Source: Thermodesulfovibrionales bacterium
GTDB taxonomy: Bacteria; Nitrospirota; Thermodesulfovibrionia; Thermodesulfovibrionales; SM23-35
Direction: 5' to 3'
Length of the DNA stretch: 64,000 bases
Assembly: GCA_963715195.1 (NCBI GenBank)
Contig: CAVQRT010000003.1
Coordinates: 1 to 64,000, forward strand
Part shown: positions 51,506 to 62,190 of the stretch, in pieces
Layout: each line of letters starts with the position of its first letter
Numbering within the stretch: position 1 is the stretch's first letter
The notes under the pieces: generated by a model
What the model was told of the DNA's origin: nothing
Databases searched by the model: none
The model's input: the letters and a program-made list of their open reading frames with translations, nothing else
Translations under genes and position numbers: made by a program

Positions 51506-52204
51506 ATGAGCAGGACATCATTGAAAAGAATACTCATCGCAGCAGTAATAGTGGGTATTATTGTCGTATTCAAGATTTTTAATCTTGGTGAGTATTTCAC
51601 CCTTTCGTATATAAAAGCTTCACAGCAGATATTTGAAGCCCTCTACAGCGAGCATAAACTCCTTGTTATTGGAAGTTATATGCTGATCTATATTCTTGTG
51701 ACATCACTGTCCTTGCCGGGTGCCGCCGTCATGACGCTGGCCGGAGGAGGGATGTTTGGTTTGTTGCTGGGGACCGTTATTGTTTCCTTTGCAAGCACCA
51801 TCGGGGCAACCATGGCTTGCTTTGTCTCCAGATTCATACTGCGGGACTGGTTACAGGGAAAGTTCGGCGACAAACTGAAAACGGTGAACGAAGGCATTGA
51901 GAGAGAAGGAGTTTTTTATCTGTTTACTCTTCGCCTCATTCCTGTCTTCCCATTCTGGCTTATCAACCTTCTAATGGGACTGACAAAGATGCCATTGAAG
52001 ACATTTTACCTGATTTCACAGGTGGGCATGCTTCCCGGAACCATAGTGTATGTGAATGCAGGAAAGGAGCTTGCCAAGATTGAATCTCTTTCGGGTATCC
52101 TCTCCCCCGGTCTCATCCTGTCATTTGTGCTTCTCGGACTTTTCCCGATAATAACAAAAAAATTACTCACCTTCTATAAAACGAAGAAATCAAGGAATAC
52201 TTAG
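51506..52204 (+). CDS. TVP38/TMEM64 (DedA/SNARE-associated) membrane protein
   Basis: 'SLPGAAVMTLAGG..FG', 'LRLIPVFPF..IN', 'SQVGMLPGT.VY'. Confidence 0.9.
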   Translation: MSRTSLKRILIAAVIVGIIVVFKIFNLGEYFTLSYIKASQQIFEALYSEHKLLVIGSYMLIYILVTSLSLPGAAVMTLAGGGMFGLLLGTVIVSFASTIGATMACFVSRFILRDWLQGKFGDKLKTVNEGIEREGVFYLFTLRLIPVFPFWLINLLMGLTKMPLKTFYLISQVGMLPGTIVYVNAGKELAKIESLSGILSPGLILSFVLLGLFPIITKKLLTFYKTKKSRNT

Positions 52205-52226
52205 TTCAGTCACAAGGAGGTCGGAA

Positions 52227-53678
52227 ATGGCACAGTATGATTTTGATATAGGCATTCTCGGAGGAGGATCTGCCGGACTTACGGTTGCGTCAGGGGCTGC
52301 CCAGTTTGGGGCTAAGACCCTTCTCATCGAAAAGGAGAATCAACTTGGGGGAGATTGCCTTCACTATGGATGTGTGCCGAGCAAGACACTGATCAGGACT
52401 GCTCATATCTACCATCTTATGAAGCACGCTGAAAAATACGGTCTTCCGCGTACCGACATCATACCGGTGGATTTCCAGGTCATTGCAGGAAGAATTCAGT
52501 CGGTAATTCGCACCATACAGGCGCATGACTCGAAGGAAAGGTTTTGCAAGCTTGGGGCCAGGGTTGAATTCGGCAATGTACAATTTACGGATGAACATGC
52601 AGTTCGGTTGAATGGTGAGATGTTTTCTGCTAAGCATTGGGTTATTGCCACGGGGTCGTCTCCACTTATCCCGCCAATAGCAGGAATTGATAACACATCA
52701 TATATTACTAACAAGGAACTCTTTTCACTGAAAACCCTTCCCAAATCTATGATCGCAATCGGCGGCGGCCCTATATCAATCGAGATGGCTCAGGCGTTCA
52801 GTCGTTTGGGGACAAAGGTGACCGTAGTTGAACTTGCGAATCAGATTCTGGGGGCTGAAGACAAAGACATGGCTGAACATCTCATGAGCATCCTGATTTC
52901 AGAAGGGATAACGTTTCATCTGGGCTCTCTGCCTATCAGTACAAAAGACCTTGGCAATGAAAAAGAGATGGTTATTAAAAATGCTGAGGGCAATACCATA
53001 AGCCTGAGGGCCGAAACAATCCTTGTTGCCGTCGGAAGAAAGGCAAACCTGCAGGGCCTTGGGCTCGAAGATATATCGGTGGAAACCGACAAAAAAGGCC
53101 TGAAGATAGACGAAAGGCTCAGGACAAATCATAAGCACATCTTTGCTGCAGGAGATGCGACTGGTTCTTATCAGTTTACCCATGCAGCAGGATACGAAGG
53201 TGGTATAGTCCTCAGCAACGCTATTCTTCATCTGCCGAGAAAAGCGGATTATACCCATCTGCCGTGGTGCACCTATACAGATCCTGAACTTGCCAGCATC
53301 GGAATGAATGAAAAACGGGCTGCTGCTGCAGGCATCTCCTATTCAGTCTGGACTGAAGAATTTCGAACAAACGACCGGAGCCTTGCAGAAGGCGAAGAGA
53401 CAGGGAAAATAAAGCTTCTCCTCGATGAAAAGGAAAAGCCCCTGGGTATCCAGATACTCGGCCCTAGCGCCGGGGAACTCATCAGCGAGTGGGTTGCGGT
53501 CATAAACGGGAATGTAAAACTTTCAGTCATCGCGTCAGCTATCCATCCTTATCCTACCCTTGGTGAAATAAACAAAAAGGTCATCGGAACGTTTTTTTCC
53601 GGTAAAATCTTTTCAAAAAAAGTTAAATGGGCGTTGAAATTCTTCTTTAATCTAAAAGGAAGGGCTTGTCAGGAATAA
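52227..53678 (+). CDS. Flavin disulfide oxidoreductase (mercuric-reductase/lipoamide-dehydrogenase-like)
   Basis: GGGSAG FAD motif, redox CLHYGC, C-terminal HPYPTLGE; no MerA C-terminal CC pair. Confidence 0.88.
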   Translation: MAQYDFDIGILGGGSAGLTVASGAAQFGAKTLLIEKENQLGGDCLHYGCVPSKTLIRTAHIYHLMKHAEKYGLPRTDIIPVDFQVIAGRIQSVIRTIQAHDSKERFCKLGARVEFGNVQFTDEHAVRLNGEMFSAKHWVIATGSSPLIPPIAGIDNTSYITNKELFSLKTLPKSMIAIGGGPISIEMAQAFSRLGTKVTVVELANQILGAEDKDMAEHLMSILISEGITFHLGSLPISTKDLGNEKEMVIKNAEGNTISLRAETILVAVGRKANLQGLGLEDISVETDKKGLKIDERLRTNHKHIFAAGDATGSYQFTHAAGYEGGIVLSNAILHLPRKADYTHLPWCTYTDPELASIGMNEKRAAAAGISYSVWTEEFRTNDRSLAEGEETGKIKLLLDEKEKPLGIQILGPSAGELISEWVAVINGNVKLSVIASAIHPYPTLGEINKKVIGTFFSGKIFSKKVKWALKFFFNLKGRACQE

Positions 53679-53771
53679 CGAAAGAGGTGTGTTCAGGGTT
53701 TTTCCATGGGGGGATGATATGATAAAATTGATTTTTTGTAACGGGTAGGTTGTTCTCCCGATTGCACTTAC

Positions 53772-54467
53772 ATGACGAGAAATATGAACAGAATAACAGT
53801 GGTTATGCCTGTATTGAATGAAGAAGTCGTCCTGAACGAAACGCTCTCTTCACTTCACCTTTCAGATCACGAAGAATTGATAGTTGTTGATGGAGGAAGC
53901 ACTGATAATACGGTCTCAATCGCACATACCTTTACCGATAAGGTCTATATCACCAAACGAGGGAGAGGTCATCAAATGAATTTTGGTGCGGCAAAGGCAG
54001 ATGGAGATATACTGCTTTTCCTTCATGCTGACTGTATCCTGCCTCGTGAAGGGTTCGGGTTAATCAGAACTGTGCTGCAAGATAAGGAGATATCGGCAGG
54101 CGCTTTCGACCTCAGCATTGTTCATCCTAAATTGCGTTTTCGGATAATCGAGTATGGTGCAAATCTGAGATCACGAATGACGTCGGTTCCTTATGGCGAC
54201 CAGGGTTTATTTATGAAACAGGAGGTTTTCGAGCAGTCGGGGGGATTTCCAGATATACCAATTATGGAGGATATTGAGATATCCAAAAGGCTCAAGAAGG
54301 CAGGGAAGATAGTTTTTGTAAGGCCGCCCATAAAGACATCGCCAAGGAGGTGGTTAAAAGAAGGACCGGTATTCACTACGTTGAGAGACTGGGCAATTGC
54401 GGTTTCGTTTGCGTTCTTTAAGATATCGCCACATAGACTGATAAAGTACTATGAAGATGTTCGATGA
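53772..54467 (+). CDS. GT2 glycosyltransferase, TIGR04283-like
   Basis: 'VVDGGSTD', 'GRG.QMN.GA', 'LFLHAD', 'PYGDQGLF', 'MEDIE', 'TSPRRW'. Confidence 0.85.
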   Translation: MTRNMNRITVVMPVLNEEVVLNETLSSLHLSDHEELIVVDGGSTDNTVSIAHTFTDKVYITKRGRGHQMNFGAAKADGDILLFLHADCILPREGFGLIRTVLQDKEISAGAFDLSIVHPKLRFRIIEYGANLRSRMTSVPYGDQGLFMKQEVFEQSGGFPDIPIMEDIEISKRLKKAGKIVFVRPPIKTSPRRWLKEGPVFTTLRDWAIAVSFAFFKISPHRLIKYYEDVR

Positions 54468-54521
54468 GAACAAACACGAGAAAACTTTGAAGATATGCAG
54501 ATATGAGATGCGGATCATAGT

Positions 54522-55247
54522 ATGAAATCCTGCTTGGTAAACCTATTTGCCCTTTCCTTTTTTCTCAGCCTTCTCGTTTTACCTCAGATTTACGCCGAGG
54601 ATGGAAATATCCTGATCCATGAAGATTTCCATAATCTTGAAAATTGGGGGCCCTTCTATTTCCCGAAGATCAAGAAACATACCCAGTACACTGTCATAGA
54701 AGAAGATCGTAAAACATATCTGAAAGCAGAAAGTAATGCATCCGCATCAGCGATAATCTATAAAAAAGAATTCAATATATATGAATATCCAAGGATGAGA
54801 TGGAAATGGAAGATAGACAACATATACCACAAAGGAAATGTAAAGGAAAAATCCGGTGATGATTATCCTGTCCGTGTCTACGTTATATTTAAATACGACC
54901 CGGACAAGGCGACTTTTGGACAGAAGATCAAATATGGCTTAGCCAAAAAAATTTACGGTGGGTATCCTCCGCATAGCAGTCTCAATTACATCTGGGCGAA
55001 CAGAACCGACGAGAAGGGGATAGTCACAAATCCTTACGCAGATGAGGCAAAGATGGTAATACTCGAGGCTGGTCCCGAAAAGATCGGTTTATGGGTACAA
55101 GAGGATGTTCATATCGTTGACGATTACAGAAAAGCATTTGGAACTGATCCCCCGGCAATTGCCGGCATTGCGGTCATGAACGATTCAGACAACACGGGAG
55201 AAAGTTCCGTTTCGTATATTGAGTATATTAATATCTTTAAAAAATAA
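54522..55247 (+). CDS. DUF3047 domain protein (exported)
   Basis: Signal peptide; 'KSGDDYPVRVYVIF', 'LNYIWA', 'DYRKAFG', 'IAVMNDSDNTG'. Confidence 0.85.
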   Translation: MKSCLVNLFALSFFLSLLVLPQIYAEDGNILIHEDFHNLENWGPFYFPKIKKHTQYTVIEEDRKTYLKAESNASASAIIYKKEFNIYEYPRMRWKWKIDNIYHKGNVKEKSGDDYPVRVYVIFKYDPDKATFGQKIKYGLAKKIYGGYPPHSSLNYIWANRTDEKGIVTNPYADEAKMVILEAGPEKIGLWVQEDVHIVDDYRKAFGTDPPAIAGIAVMNDSDNTGESSVSYIEYINIFKK

Positions 55248-55275
55248 CATCGCATAAGAAAGAAATGGGAGATCA

Positions 55276-56178
55276 ATGCAACTAGGATATGTAGGTTTAG
55301 GAAAAATGGGGTTCAATATGGTCGAGCGCCTTCTCGAGAAGAAGCATGAGGTTGTTGTTTTTGACAAGAACGTAGAATCCGCAAGGAACATTTCAGTCAA
55401 GGGAGCTCATCCTGCAGATTCAATTCAGTCACTGGTATCAGCTCTGGCTCCAACTCGGCTTATCTGGATGATGGTTCCGCATCAAGCAGTCGACAGAGTA
55501 CTTCAGGAACTGCGCTCCTTCCTTCAAAGAGGTGATACCGTAATTGATGGAGGAAATTCTCCGTACAAGGAATCCATGAGGCGTTTTCAGGAATTGAATA
55601 AGAGCGGAATAGACTTCTTAGATGCCGGTGTGAGCGGCGGTCCATCAGGAGCGCGAAATGGAGCCTGTATCATGGTAGGCGGCAAAAAGGAAATTTTCAG
55701 AAGATACAAAAATCTCTTCCGGGATTTGGCGTGTAAAGGCGGGTATGCATTTATGGGAAGCCCCGGAGCTGGACATTTTGTCAAAATGGTGCATAATGGA
55801 ATCGAATATGGGATGATGCAGGCTCTGGCAGAGGGGTTTGCCGTAATGAAGGCCTCTCCTTTTAATCTGGACTTAACGAAAATAGCTAATCTTTATAACC
55901 ATAAAAGTGTTATTGAATCAAGACTGGTCGGATGGCTCCAAAAGGCATTTGCCCAACATGGTGAGAACCTGGATGACATTTCAGCGACAGTATCGCACAG
56001 CGGAGAAGGTTCATGGACAGTCGATGCTGCAAAGGAACTTGGAATCCCTGTGCCGGTAATTGAGGGCTCACTGAACTTCAGAATACAATCTCATGCTAAT
56101 CCAGGGTATACGGGACAGATTCTCTCTGCCGTGCGAAATCAATTCGGGGGGCATGAGGTATTCAGGAAATCTTCATGA
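55276..56178 (+). CDS. gnd: 6-phosphogluconate dehydrogenase, decarboxylating (short form)
   Basis: 'GLGKMG', 'IDGGNS', 'DAGVSGG', 'GHFVKMVHNGIEYG', 'RNQFGGH'. Confidence 0.95.
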   Translation: MQLGYVGLGKMGFNMVERLLEKKHEVVVFDKNVESARNISVKGAHPADSIQSLVSALAPTRLIWMMVPHQAVDRVLQELRSFLQRGDTVIDGGNSPYKESMRRFQELNKSGIDFLDAGVSGGPSGARNGACIMVGGKKEIFRRYKNLFRDLACKGGYAFMGSPGAGHFVKMVHNGIEYGMMQALAEGFAVMKASPFNLDLTKIANLYNHKSVIESRLVGWLQKAFAQHGENLDDISATVSHSGEGSWTVDAAKELGIPVPVIEGSLNFRIQSHANPGYTGQILSAVRNQFGGHEVFRKSS

Positions 56179-56235
56179 GGATACTACTATGCATGAGAGA
56201 CAGTATTTTTCCTCAGATTGGAATGCATTAATTCA

Positions 56236-57843
56236 ATGATGAAAGATTCCAACGAACAGACAGAAAGTCAGCCACAGTTTCACACATTCGGTGCGTGTCA
56301 AATAGAAATCTTAAGATCCTTTTCTCTGATTATCTTCGGTGCCTCGGGGGATCTTGGGAAAAGAAAGCTCATGCCCGCACTCTATCATTTATTTCAAGAC
56401 GGCCTTCTCCCGGATAATTTTTTTATTTACTGCACCGACCGGATTGAAATGAATATCGAACAATATCGTGAATTAATCAAAAATGCAGTGGAGTCTGCCA
56501 TCCCGAAAGATTTTAAACCCTCCAAGTGGTTGAAATTCGCAAAAAGATTGTATTATTCGTCGTTCAATTATTCCGATCAGAATTCCTACAAAAGACATCT
56601 GAAAGAAAAGCTTCCCTCTTTGGAAAACAGACACCGTACAAACGGAAACCGCGTTTTCTACTTGGCCATACCACCATCAATTCTTGAAAGTGTCATTGTA
56701 AATCTCGGTGAAGCGGGTTTATCAGTCGAAGAGAAGGGATATTCTCATGTTGTCATCGAAAAACCATTTGGCCGAAGTTTTGAAACAGCAAGAAAGTTGA
56801 ATAAAGCCCTGACAAAGTATTTCGAAGAAAAACAGATCTTCCGAATAGACCATTATGTTGCAAAAGAGACCGTGCAGAATATGCTCATGTTCCGCTTTGC
56901 AAATTCTATCCTTGAGCCGCTCTGGAACAGAAGGTACATAGATCACATACAGATAACTGCTTCAGAAACGCTCGGCGTGGAACACAGAGCAGGTTATTAT
57001 GAAGAGTCTGGTGTCATACGGGATATGTTTCAAAGTCATATCTTTCAGCTTCTCGCTGTGACAGCCATGGAACCGCCCGTGGCATTTAAAGCAGATTTTG
57101 TCAGGGATGAAAAGATCAAGGTCTTCCGATCAATGAGGCCTTTTCCGACCGACAGGCTCCATGATGTCATCGCGGTCGGACAATACGGGAAAGGCACTAT
57201 CAATGGAAAGCCTGTTGCAGGCTACCGGGAAGAGCCGGGAGTTGCTCCAAAATCCACTACGTCTACCTTTGCGGCAATGAAGGTACTGATAGATAACTGG
57301 AGATGGAATGGGGTGCCTTTCTACCTCCGCTCAGGCAAGAGGCTCCCGGTCAGGAAAACCGAAATTTCTATACATTTCAAGCAGGTTCCGCACATGATGT
57401 TTATAAAGGTTATGGATGAATTCATTGAACCGAATGAGCTTGTGTTCAGGTTGCAGCCGGAAGAAGGTATCAGTCTCAACTTGCAAACAAAAAAACCGGG
57501 TACGAAGGTATGCCTGAATCCGGTCCAGATGGATTTTTCTTACCAGAAAGATGTATTCCTCGATGCTTACGAGTGGGTATTGCTCGACTGCATACTTGGA
57601 GATCAGATGTTATTCCTGAGGCAGGAAGGAGTCGAAGAAACATGGTCTCTGCTTACACCGGTAATCGACCAACTCGAAGCTACAACAGAAGCTACAAAGT
57701 TTCCTAACTATGCTGCCGGTTCATCCGGACCTGATGATGCGAGGGTATTGATCGAAAAGGACGGACGTGTCTGGAGAACTCTCATTGCCGAGAAACCTCC
57801 TGAACGCGTCAATATTTTCGGACCCAGAGGCCATCAGCCGTAA
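56236..57843 (+). CDS. zwf: Glucose-6-phosphate dehydrogenase
   Basis: 'IFGASGDL', 'EKPFG', 'RIDHY', 'GVPFYLRSGK'; ORF open from 56218. Confidence 0.95.
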   Translation: MMKDSNEQTESQPQFHTFGACQIEILRSFSLIIFGASGDLGKRKLMPALYHLFQDGLLPDNFFIYCTDRIEMNIEQYRELIKNAVESAIPKDFKPSKWLKFAKRLYYSSFNYSDQNSYKRHLKEKLPSLENRHRTNGNRVFYLAIPPSILESVIVNLGEAGLSVEEKGYSHVVIEKPFGRSFETARKLNKALTKYFEEKQIFRIDHYVAKETVQNMLMFRFANSILEPLWNRRYIDHIQITASETLGVEHRAGYYEESGVIRDMFQSHIFQLLAVTAMEPPVAFKADFVRDEKIKVFRSMRPFPTDRLHDVIAVGQYGKGTINGKPVAGYREEPGVAPKSTTSTFAAMKVLIDNWRWNGVPFYLRSGKRLPVRKTEISIHFKQVPHMMFIKVMDEFIEPNELVFRLQPEEGISLNLQTKKPGTKVCLNPVQMDFSYQKDVFLDAYEWVLLDCILGDQMLFLRQEGVEETWSLLTPVIDQLEATTEATKFPNYAAGSSGPDDARVLIEKDGRVWRTLIAEKPPERVNIFGPRGHQP

Positions 57844-57970
57844 GGCCGGCGAAATATATTTTTGGGTCTCCCGGAAAAATGATGATGCATACGATTATTC
57901 TTTCAGGAGATATCGGTGTGACAAAAACCGGCCAACGAAGAGAAGAATCAGCGTTTCAACAGGGAAACTG

Positions 57971-59002
57971 TTATGCAAAACGGACGCCCTTGCGTCCTCT
58001 TTCTATCTGTCCGATAATGAAAGCTGGGTATCCTGACTGATTCAGCAGCGAAACTGCTTTTCCGGCCGCCCGCGTTGAGACGATCACGACATACCCTATC
58101 CCCATGTTAAACGTCTTTTTCATCTCATCTTCAGGGACATTCCCCAATTTCCGGATAAGGCTGAAAACAGGCGGGACAGGCCATGACCCGATTTGAAGAA
58201 CAGCTCTCATATATTTTGGCAATATTCTCGGCAGGTTGCCCGGTATCCCCCCTCCGGTAATATGCGCCATTCCTTTTATCTGAATAGCATCTTTAAGGGA
58301 TTCAAAAGCCTTCACATAAATTCGCGTTGGTTTTAGCAATTCGTCCCCGAGTCTTGCACCGATCTCGGGAAGGTAAGCCGACACGTTCATCTTCTTCAAA
58401 TCGAAAAAGAGTTTTCTGACGAGCGAAAAACCATTGCTGTGGAGACCGTTTGAGGCGATGCCAATGATCGAATCACCCTCCCTTATCGAAGACCCGTCAA
58501 TAATCTTATGCCGGTCTACAACGCCAACAGCAAAACCCGAAAGATCGTATTCATCCTCTGCGTAAAAACCCGGCATTTCAGCTGTCTCACCACCGATAAG
58601 TGAGCATCCTGACTGCCTGCATCCACCCGCGATACCTTTCACAATCTGCACTGCCTGTTCAGATTTCAGTCTGCCGGTCGCAAGGTAATCGAGGAAAAAC
58701 AATGGCTCGGCACCACTCGTGAGAATATCATTCACGCACATAGCAACAAGGTCTACCCCCACGGTATCATGCTTATCCATCATAATAGCAATCTTCAGTT
58801 TTGTACCGACCCCGTCTGTCCCGCTCACGAGAACAGGGTTTTTGTACTTGCGGGTATCGAGCTTGAACAGTGCGCTGAATGAACCGATATCTGTTATAAC
58901 CTCAGGCCTGAACGTTTTCCTGGCCAGTGGAGAGAGTAGCCTGACAAACTGCTCTCCTTCATCAACATCTACACCTGACTTCTTGTAGGTAAGCTGTTTC
59001 AT
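57971..59002 (-). CDS. purM: Phosphoribosylformylglycinamidine cyclo-ligase
   Basis: 'TDGVGTK', 'GGETAEMP', 'GLHSNG', 'HITGGG', 'FNMGIG'. Confidence 0.97.
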   Translation of the reverse strand: MKQLTYKKSGVDVDEGEQFVRLLSPLARKTFRPEVITDIGSFSALFKLDTRKYKNPVLVSGTDGVGTKLKIAIMMDKHDTVGVDLVAMCVNDILTSGAEPLFFLDYLATGRLKSEQAVQIVKGIAGGCRQSGCSLIGGETAEMPGFYAEDEYDLSGFAVGVVDRHKIIDGSSIREGDSIIGIASNGLHSNGFSLVRKLFFDLKKMNVSAYLPEIGARLGDELLKPTRIYVKAFESLKDAIQIKGMAHITGGGIPGNLPRILPKYMRAVLQIGSWPVPPVFSLIRKLGNVPEDEMKKTFNMGIGYVVIVSTRAAGKAVSLLNQSGYPAFIIGQIERGRKGVRFA

Positions 59003-59285
59003 TTTTTCTTATCCTCTCTATCATGGTGTTCATAAAATGGACGGCAGATATCGTATTTGAGCGGATTATTTTGCCGAATGTCGAACAATATATTCAAAAA
59101 ATGAAGAGGCAGAAACCTCAGAGGTCGCGATTCATATCGAGACCGAGAATGAGCGAAAATATTGCATATGCCGGTGCAAATAAAATACATACAGAAAGCA
59201 GGTTAATAGAAAGCTCGGGTTTCTCTATTGTGCACAATCAGGATATCCAGAGCAAGTCCTGCATATATTTTGATACAATAATTAT

Positions 59286-60050
59286 ATGCCGGTCATTCTT
59301 GTTACCAATGACGACGGAGTGCATTCCCTTGGCCTCTCTTCTCTCTTTAAGGCAATGACCGCCCTTGGCGATGCATACATTATCGCACCCGACAGAGAGC
59401 GGAGCGCGGTCAGCCATTCTCTTACCATGCACAGGCCTATTAAGGCAGAACAACTGAAAGAGCGCATTTACAGCATCAACGGGACACCTACTGACTGCGT
59501 GGCTGTTGGCATCAATAAAATACTCCCAGACAGGCCAGCTTTTGTGGTTTCCGGCATCAATAATGGCGCAAATCTCGGTGATGATATCACATATTCAGGC
59601 ACTGTCTCGGCAGCGATAGAGAGCACCATCATGGGGATTCCTGCATTTGCCGTCTCCCTGGTCCTGCAGCAACAGCCGTTATCGCACCCAAATTTCGAGG
59701 CTGCAGCAAAGGTTGCTCTTAAGATAGGCACGTATATCCTGGCTCATTCCCTTCCCTACGACACGCTCCTGAATGTGAATATTCCTGATGTTTCACACGA
59801 CAATTTACGGGGAATAAAACTGACCAGGCAGGGAAAGCGCATCTATGATAATGCAATCAAGGAGACATTCGATCCCCATGGGCAGAAGCACTACTGGATC
59901 GGCGGGGGGAAACCGTATTGGGAGCATGGAGAAGACACTGATATCCATGCTGTTCAGGATCACTATGTCTCTGTCACCCCCATTCATCTTGATCTCACCA
60001 ATTACGATGCGATGCAATTTCTGAAAAACCGTTTATCGTTCAGGCTGTAA
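59286..60050 (+). CDS. surE: 5'/3'-nucleotidase SurE
   Basis: 'LVTNDDG', 'GTPTDC', 'SGINNGANLG...YSGTV'. Confidence 0.96.
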   Translation: MPVILVTNDDGVHSLGLSSLFKAMTALGDAYIIAPDRERSAVSHSLTMHRPIKAEQLKERIYSINGTPTDCVAVGINKILPDRPAFVVSGINNGANLGDDITYSGTVSAAIESTIMGIPAFAVSLVLQQQPLSHPNFEAAAKVALKIGTYILAHSLPYDTLLNVNIPDVSHDNLRGIKLTRQGKRIYDNAIKETFDPHGQKHYWIGGGKPYWEHGEDTDIHAVQDHYVSVTPIHLDLTNYDAMQFLKNRLSFRL

Positions 60051-60055
60051 AACAG

Positions 60056-61444
60056 ATGATCAAGAAGCACTATGACATCATCATTGTTGGCTCAGGACCT
60101 TCAGGCGTCTTCGCAGCCCTCGAACTGCTGAGAAGCAGACAGGACATAAAAATCCTTCTGATCGAAAAGGGCAGGGACATTGACAAGAGAATCTGCCCGA
60201 TGAAAAAATCGGGTATTTCCTGTTCCGAGTGTCCGGAGTGTTCCCTGCTGAGCGGTTGGGGAGGTGCCGGCGCTTACAGCGACGGCAAACTTACTCTTTC
60301 TCCGCACATAGGCGGATCTCTCGTCAAGTATATCGGTAGTGATTCCCTTCAATCGATGATACGCGACGCAGACAGGACCTATGTAACATACGGAGCCCCT
60401 GATGAAGTGTACGGACCGGAAGAAGATGACATAACAACCTTGACAAAGCGCGCTGCAGAGCATGATCTCACATTTATCCCTTCAAAAATCAGGCATATCG
60501 GCACTGACCGATGCAGAACCGTGCTCAGAAACATCAAGAAATCACTCAACGGCAAGGTGGACATTTTGTTTGAGTCCGAAGCCAAGCGCGTTCTCACCGC
60601 AAAGCGGAAGGTCAAGGGCATTCTCCTTGCGACGGGAGAGAAATTCTCCGCAGAGTATCTGATTCTTGCTCCGGGGCGCGAGGGTTCCAGATGGCTTGAA
60701 CGCGAGGCACGGCGCCTGCGCCTCACCCTCCTGAAGAATCCTGTTGATATCGGGGTAAGAGTAGAAATACCGGCTGCCGTGTTTCAACCGCTTACTGACA
60801 TAACGTATGAACCGAAGCTTGTTTTCCACTCAGGAACGTTTAACGACCGGGTCAGGACTTTCTGCGTAAACCCCTATGGCGAGGTGGTGAAAGAATACCT
60901 CAAGGGAATCTGGACAGTAAACGGCCACAGTTATGCAAACAGCAAGACATCCAACACAAATTTTGCCCTCCTGGTCAGTACATTCTTTACAGAACCCTTT
61001 GACGAACCGATCCTCTACGGGAGGTATATAGCAGGTCTTGCCAACCTCCTCGGCAAGGGGGTCATCATCCAGCGTCTCGGAGACCTGCGCCGCGGCAGGC
61101 GTTCGACCACGGAGAGGATTGCCCGGGGAGGAGTACGTCCGACCCTGAAGGACGCCACGCCGGGTGATCTCAGTTTTGTATTGCCGTACCGCCATCTGTC
61201 TGATATCCTGGAGATGATTGAGGCGATTGACAAAATCGCTCCTGGAGTCAATTCCGATGATACGCTGCTCTACGGCGCAGAAGTCAAATTCTATTCAATG
61301 CTGCCAAAACTCACTGGATCCCTTGAAACCGAGATAGCCAATCTGTTCGCGGTAGGTGACGGTGCCGGGGTCAGCAGGGGACTGATACAGGCTTCAGTAT
61401 CAGGTACTATCGCGGCTCAGGCAATTATCCGGAGACTGAAATAG
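60056..61444 (+). CDS. NAD(P)/FAD-dependent oxidoreductase
   Basis: GSGPSG, 'GWGGAGAYSDGKL', 'VGDGAGVSRGL'. Confidence 0.85.
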   Translation: MIKKHYDIIIVGSGPSGVFAALELLRSRQDIKILLIEKGRDIDKRICPMKKSGISCSECPECSLLSGWGGAGAYSDGKLTLSPHIGGSLVKYIGSDSLQSMIRDADRTYVTYGAPDEVYGPEEDDITTLTKRAAEHDLTFIPSKIRHIGTDRCRTVLRNIKKSLNGKVDILFESEAKRVLTAKRKVKGILLATGEKFSAEYLILAPGREGSRWLEREARRLRLTLLKNPVDIGVRVEIPAAVFQPLTDITYEPKLVFHSGTFNDRVRTFCVNPYGEVVKEYLKGIWTVNGHSYANSKTSNTNFALLVSTFFTEPFDEPILYGRYIAGLANLLGKGVIIQRLGDLRRGRRSTTERIARGGVRPTLKDATPGDLSFVLPYRHLSDILEMIEAIDKIAPGVNSDDTLLYGAEVKFYSMLPKLTGSLETEIANLFAVGDGAGVSRGLIQASVSGTIAAQAIIRRLK

Positions 61445-61445
61445 C

Positions 61446-62093
61446 ATGGACTTTGACGCCTTACGGGAATTCATGGTTCGAACCCAGCTTGTTCCCAGAG
61501 GGATCAGGGATGAACGGGTTCTCGATGCAATGAGAAAAGTGCCCCGTCATCTCTTTGTCGATGAATCGATGCAATACAAGGCTTACGATGATATGGCCCT
61601 TTCGATTGGTGACGGGCAGACGATTTCCCAGCCTTACATGGTTGCAGTCATGACCGAGCTCCTTGAGCTGAGGGGGAATGAAAAAGTGCTGGAAATAGGA
61701 ACTGGTTCCGGCTATCAGGCAGCAATCCTTGCTGAACTCGCAAAAGAAGTTTATTCTGTTGAAAGGCTTCCATCGCTTGCCGCTCGAGCCGAGGAGAGAT
61801 TGTATGCTATCGGTTACCGGAATGTTCATATCAAGGTCGATGACGGGACCTTAGGTTGGCCAGAGAAAACACCTTTTGACAGAATTATCATCACTGCCGG
61901 AGCTCCGAAGGTTCCGGAACCTCTGTCAGAACAACTTTCGGAAGACGGCATTTTGCTTGCTCCGGTAGGCGACCGTTTCTCACAGCAGTTGATCAAAATG
62001 ACAAGAGGTAAGGATAAGCTAACCGAAGAATTTCACACCTTCTGTGTCTTTGTGCCCCTCATCGGAAAGCACGGATGGGAAGGCGAGAAATAA
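61446..62093 (+). CDS. pcm: Protein-L-isoaspartate O-methyltransferase
   Basis: 'VPRHLFV', 'GQTISQPY', 'LEIGTGSGYQ'. Confidence 0.96.
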   Translation: MDFDALREFMVRTQLVPRGIRDERVLDAMRKVPRHLFVDESMQYKAYDDMALSIGDGQTISQPYMVAVMTELLELRGNEKVLEIGTGSGYQAAILAELAKEVYSVERLPSLAARAEERLYAIGYRNVHIKVDDGTLGWPEKTPFDRIIITAGAPKVPEPLSEQLSEDGILLAPVGDRFSQQLIKMTRGKDKLTEEFHTFCVFVPLIGKHGWEGEK

Positions 62094-62190
62094 CCCGGAT
62101 AATTTTGCGTAATTCGCGATAGAAAAAAAAGATACAGCAAATTGCTTTTTCTGGTATAATGCTACAAATTTTATAAATAAGGAGGAGTAC

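Noticed and set aside
52227..53678. merA mercury resistance gene
   Set aside because: Lacks the C-terminal Cys-Cys pair and NmerA domain, keeps an HPxxxxE-type motif, and has no mer genes nearby
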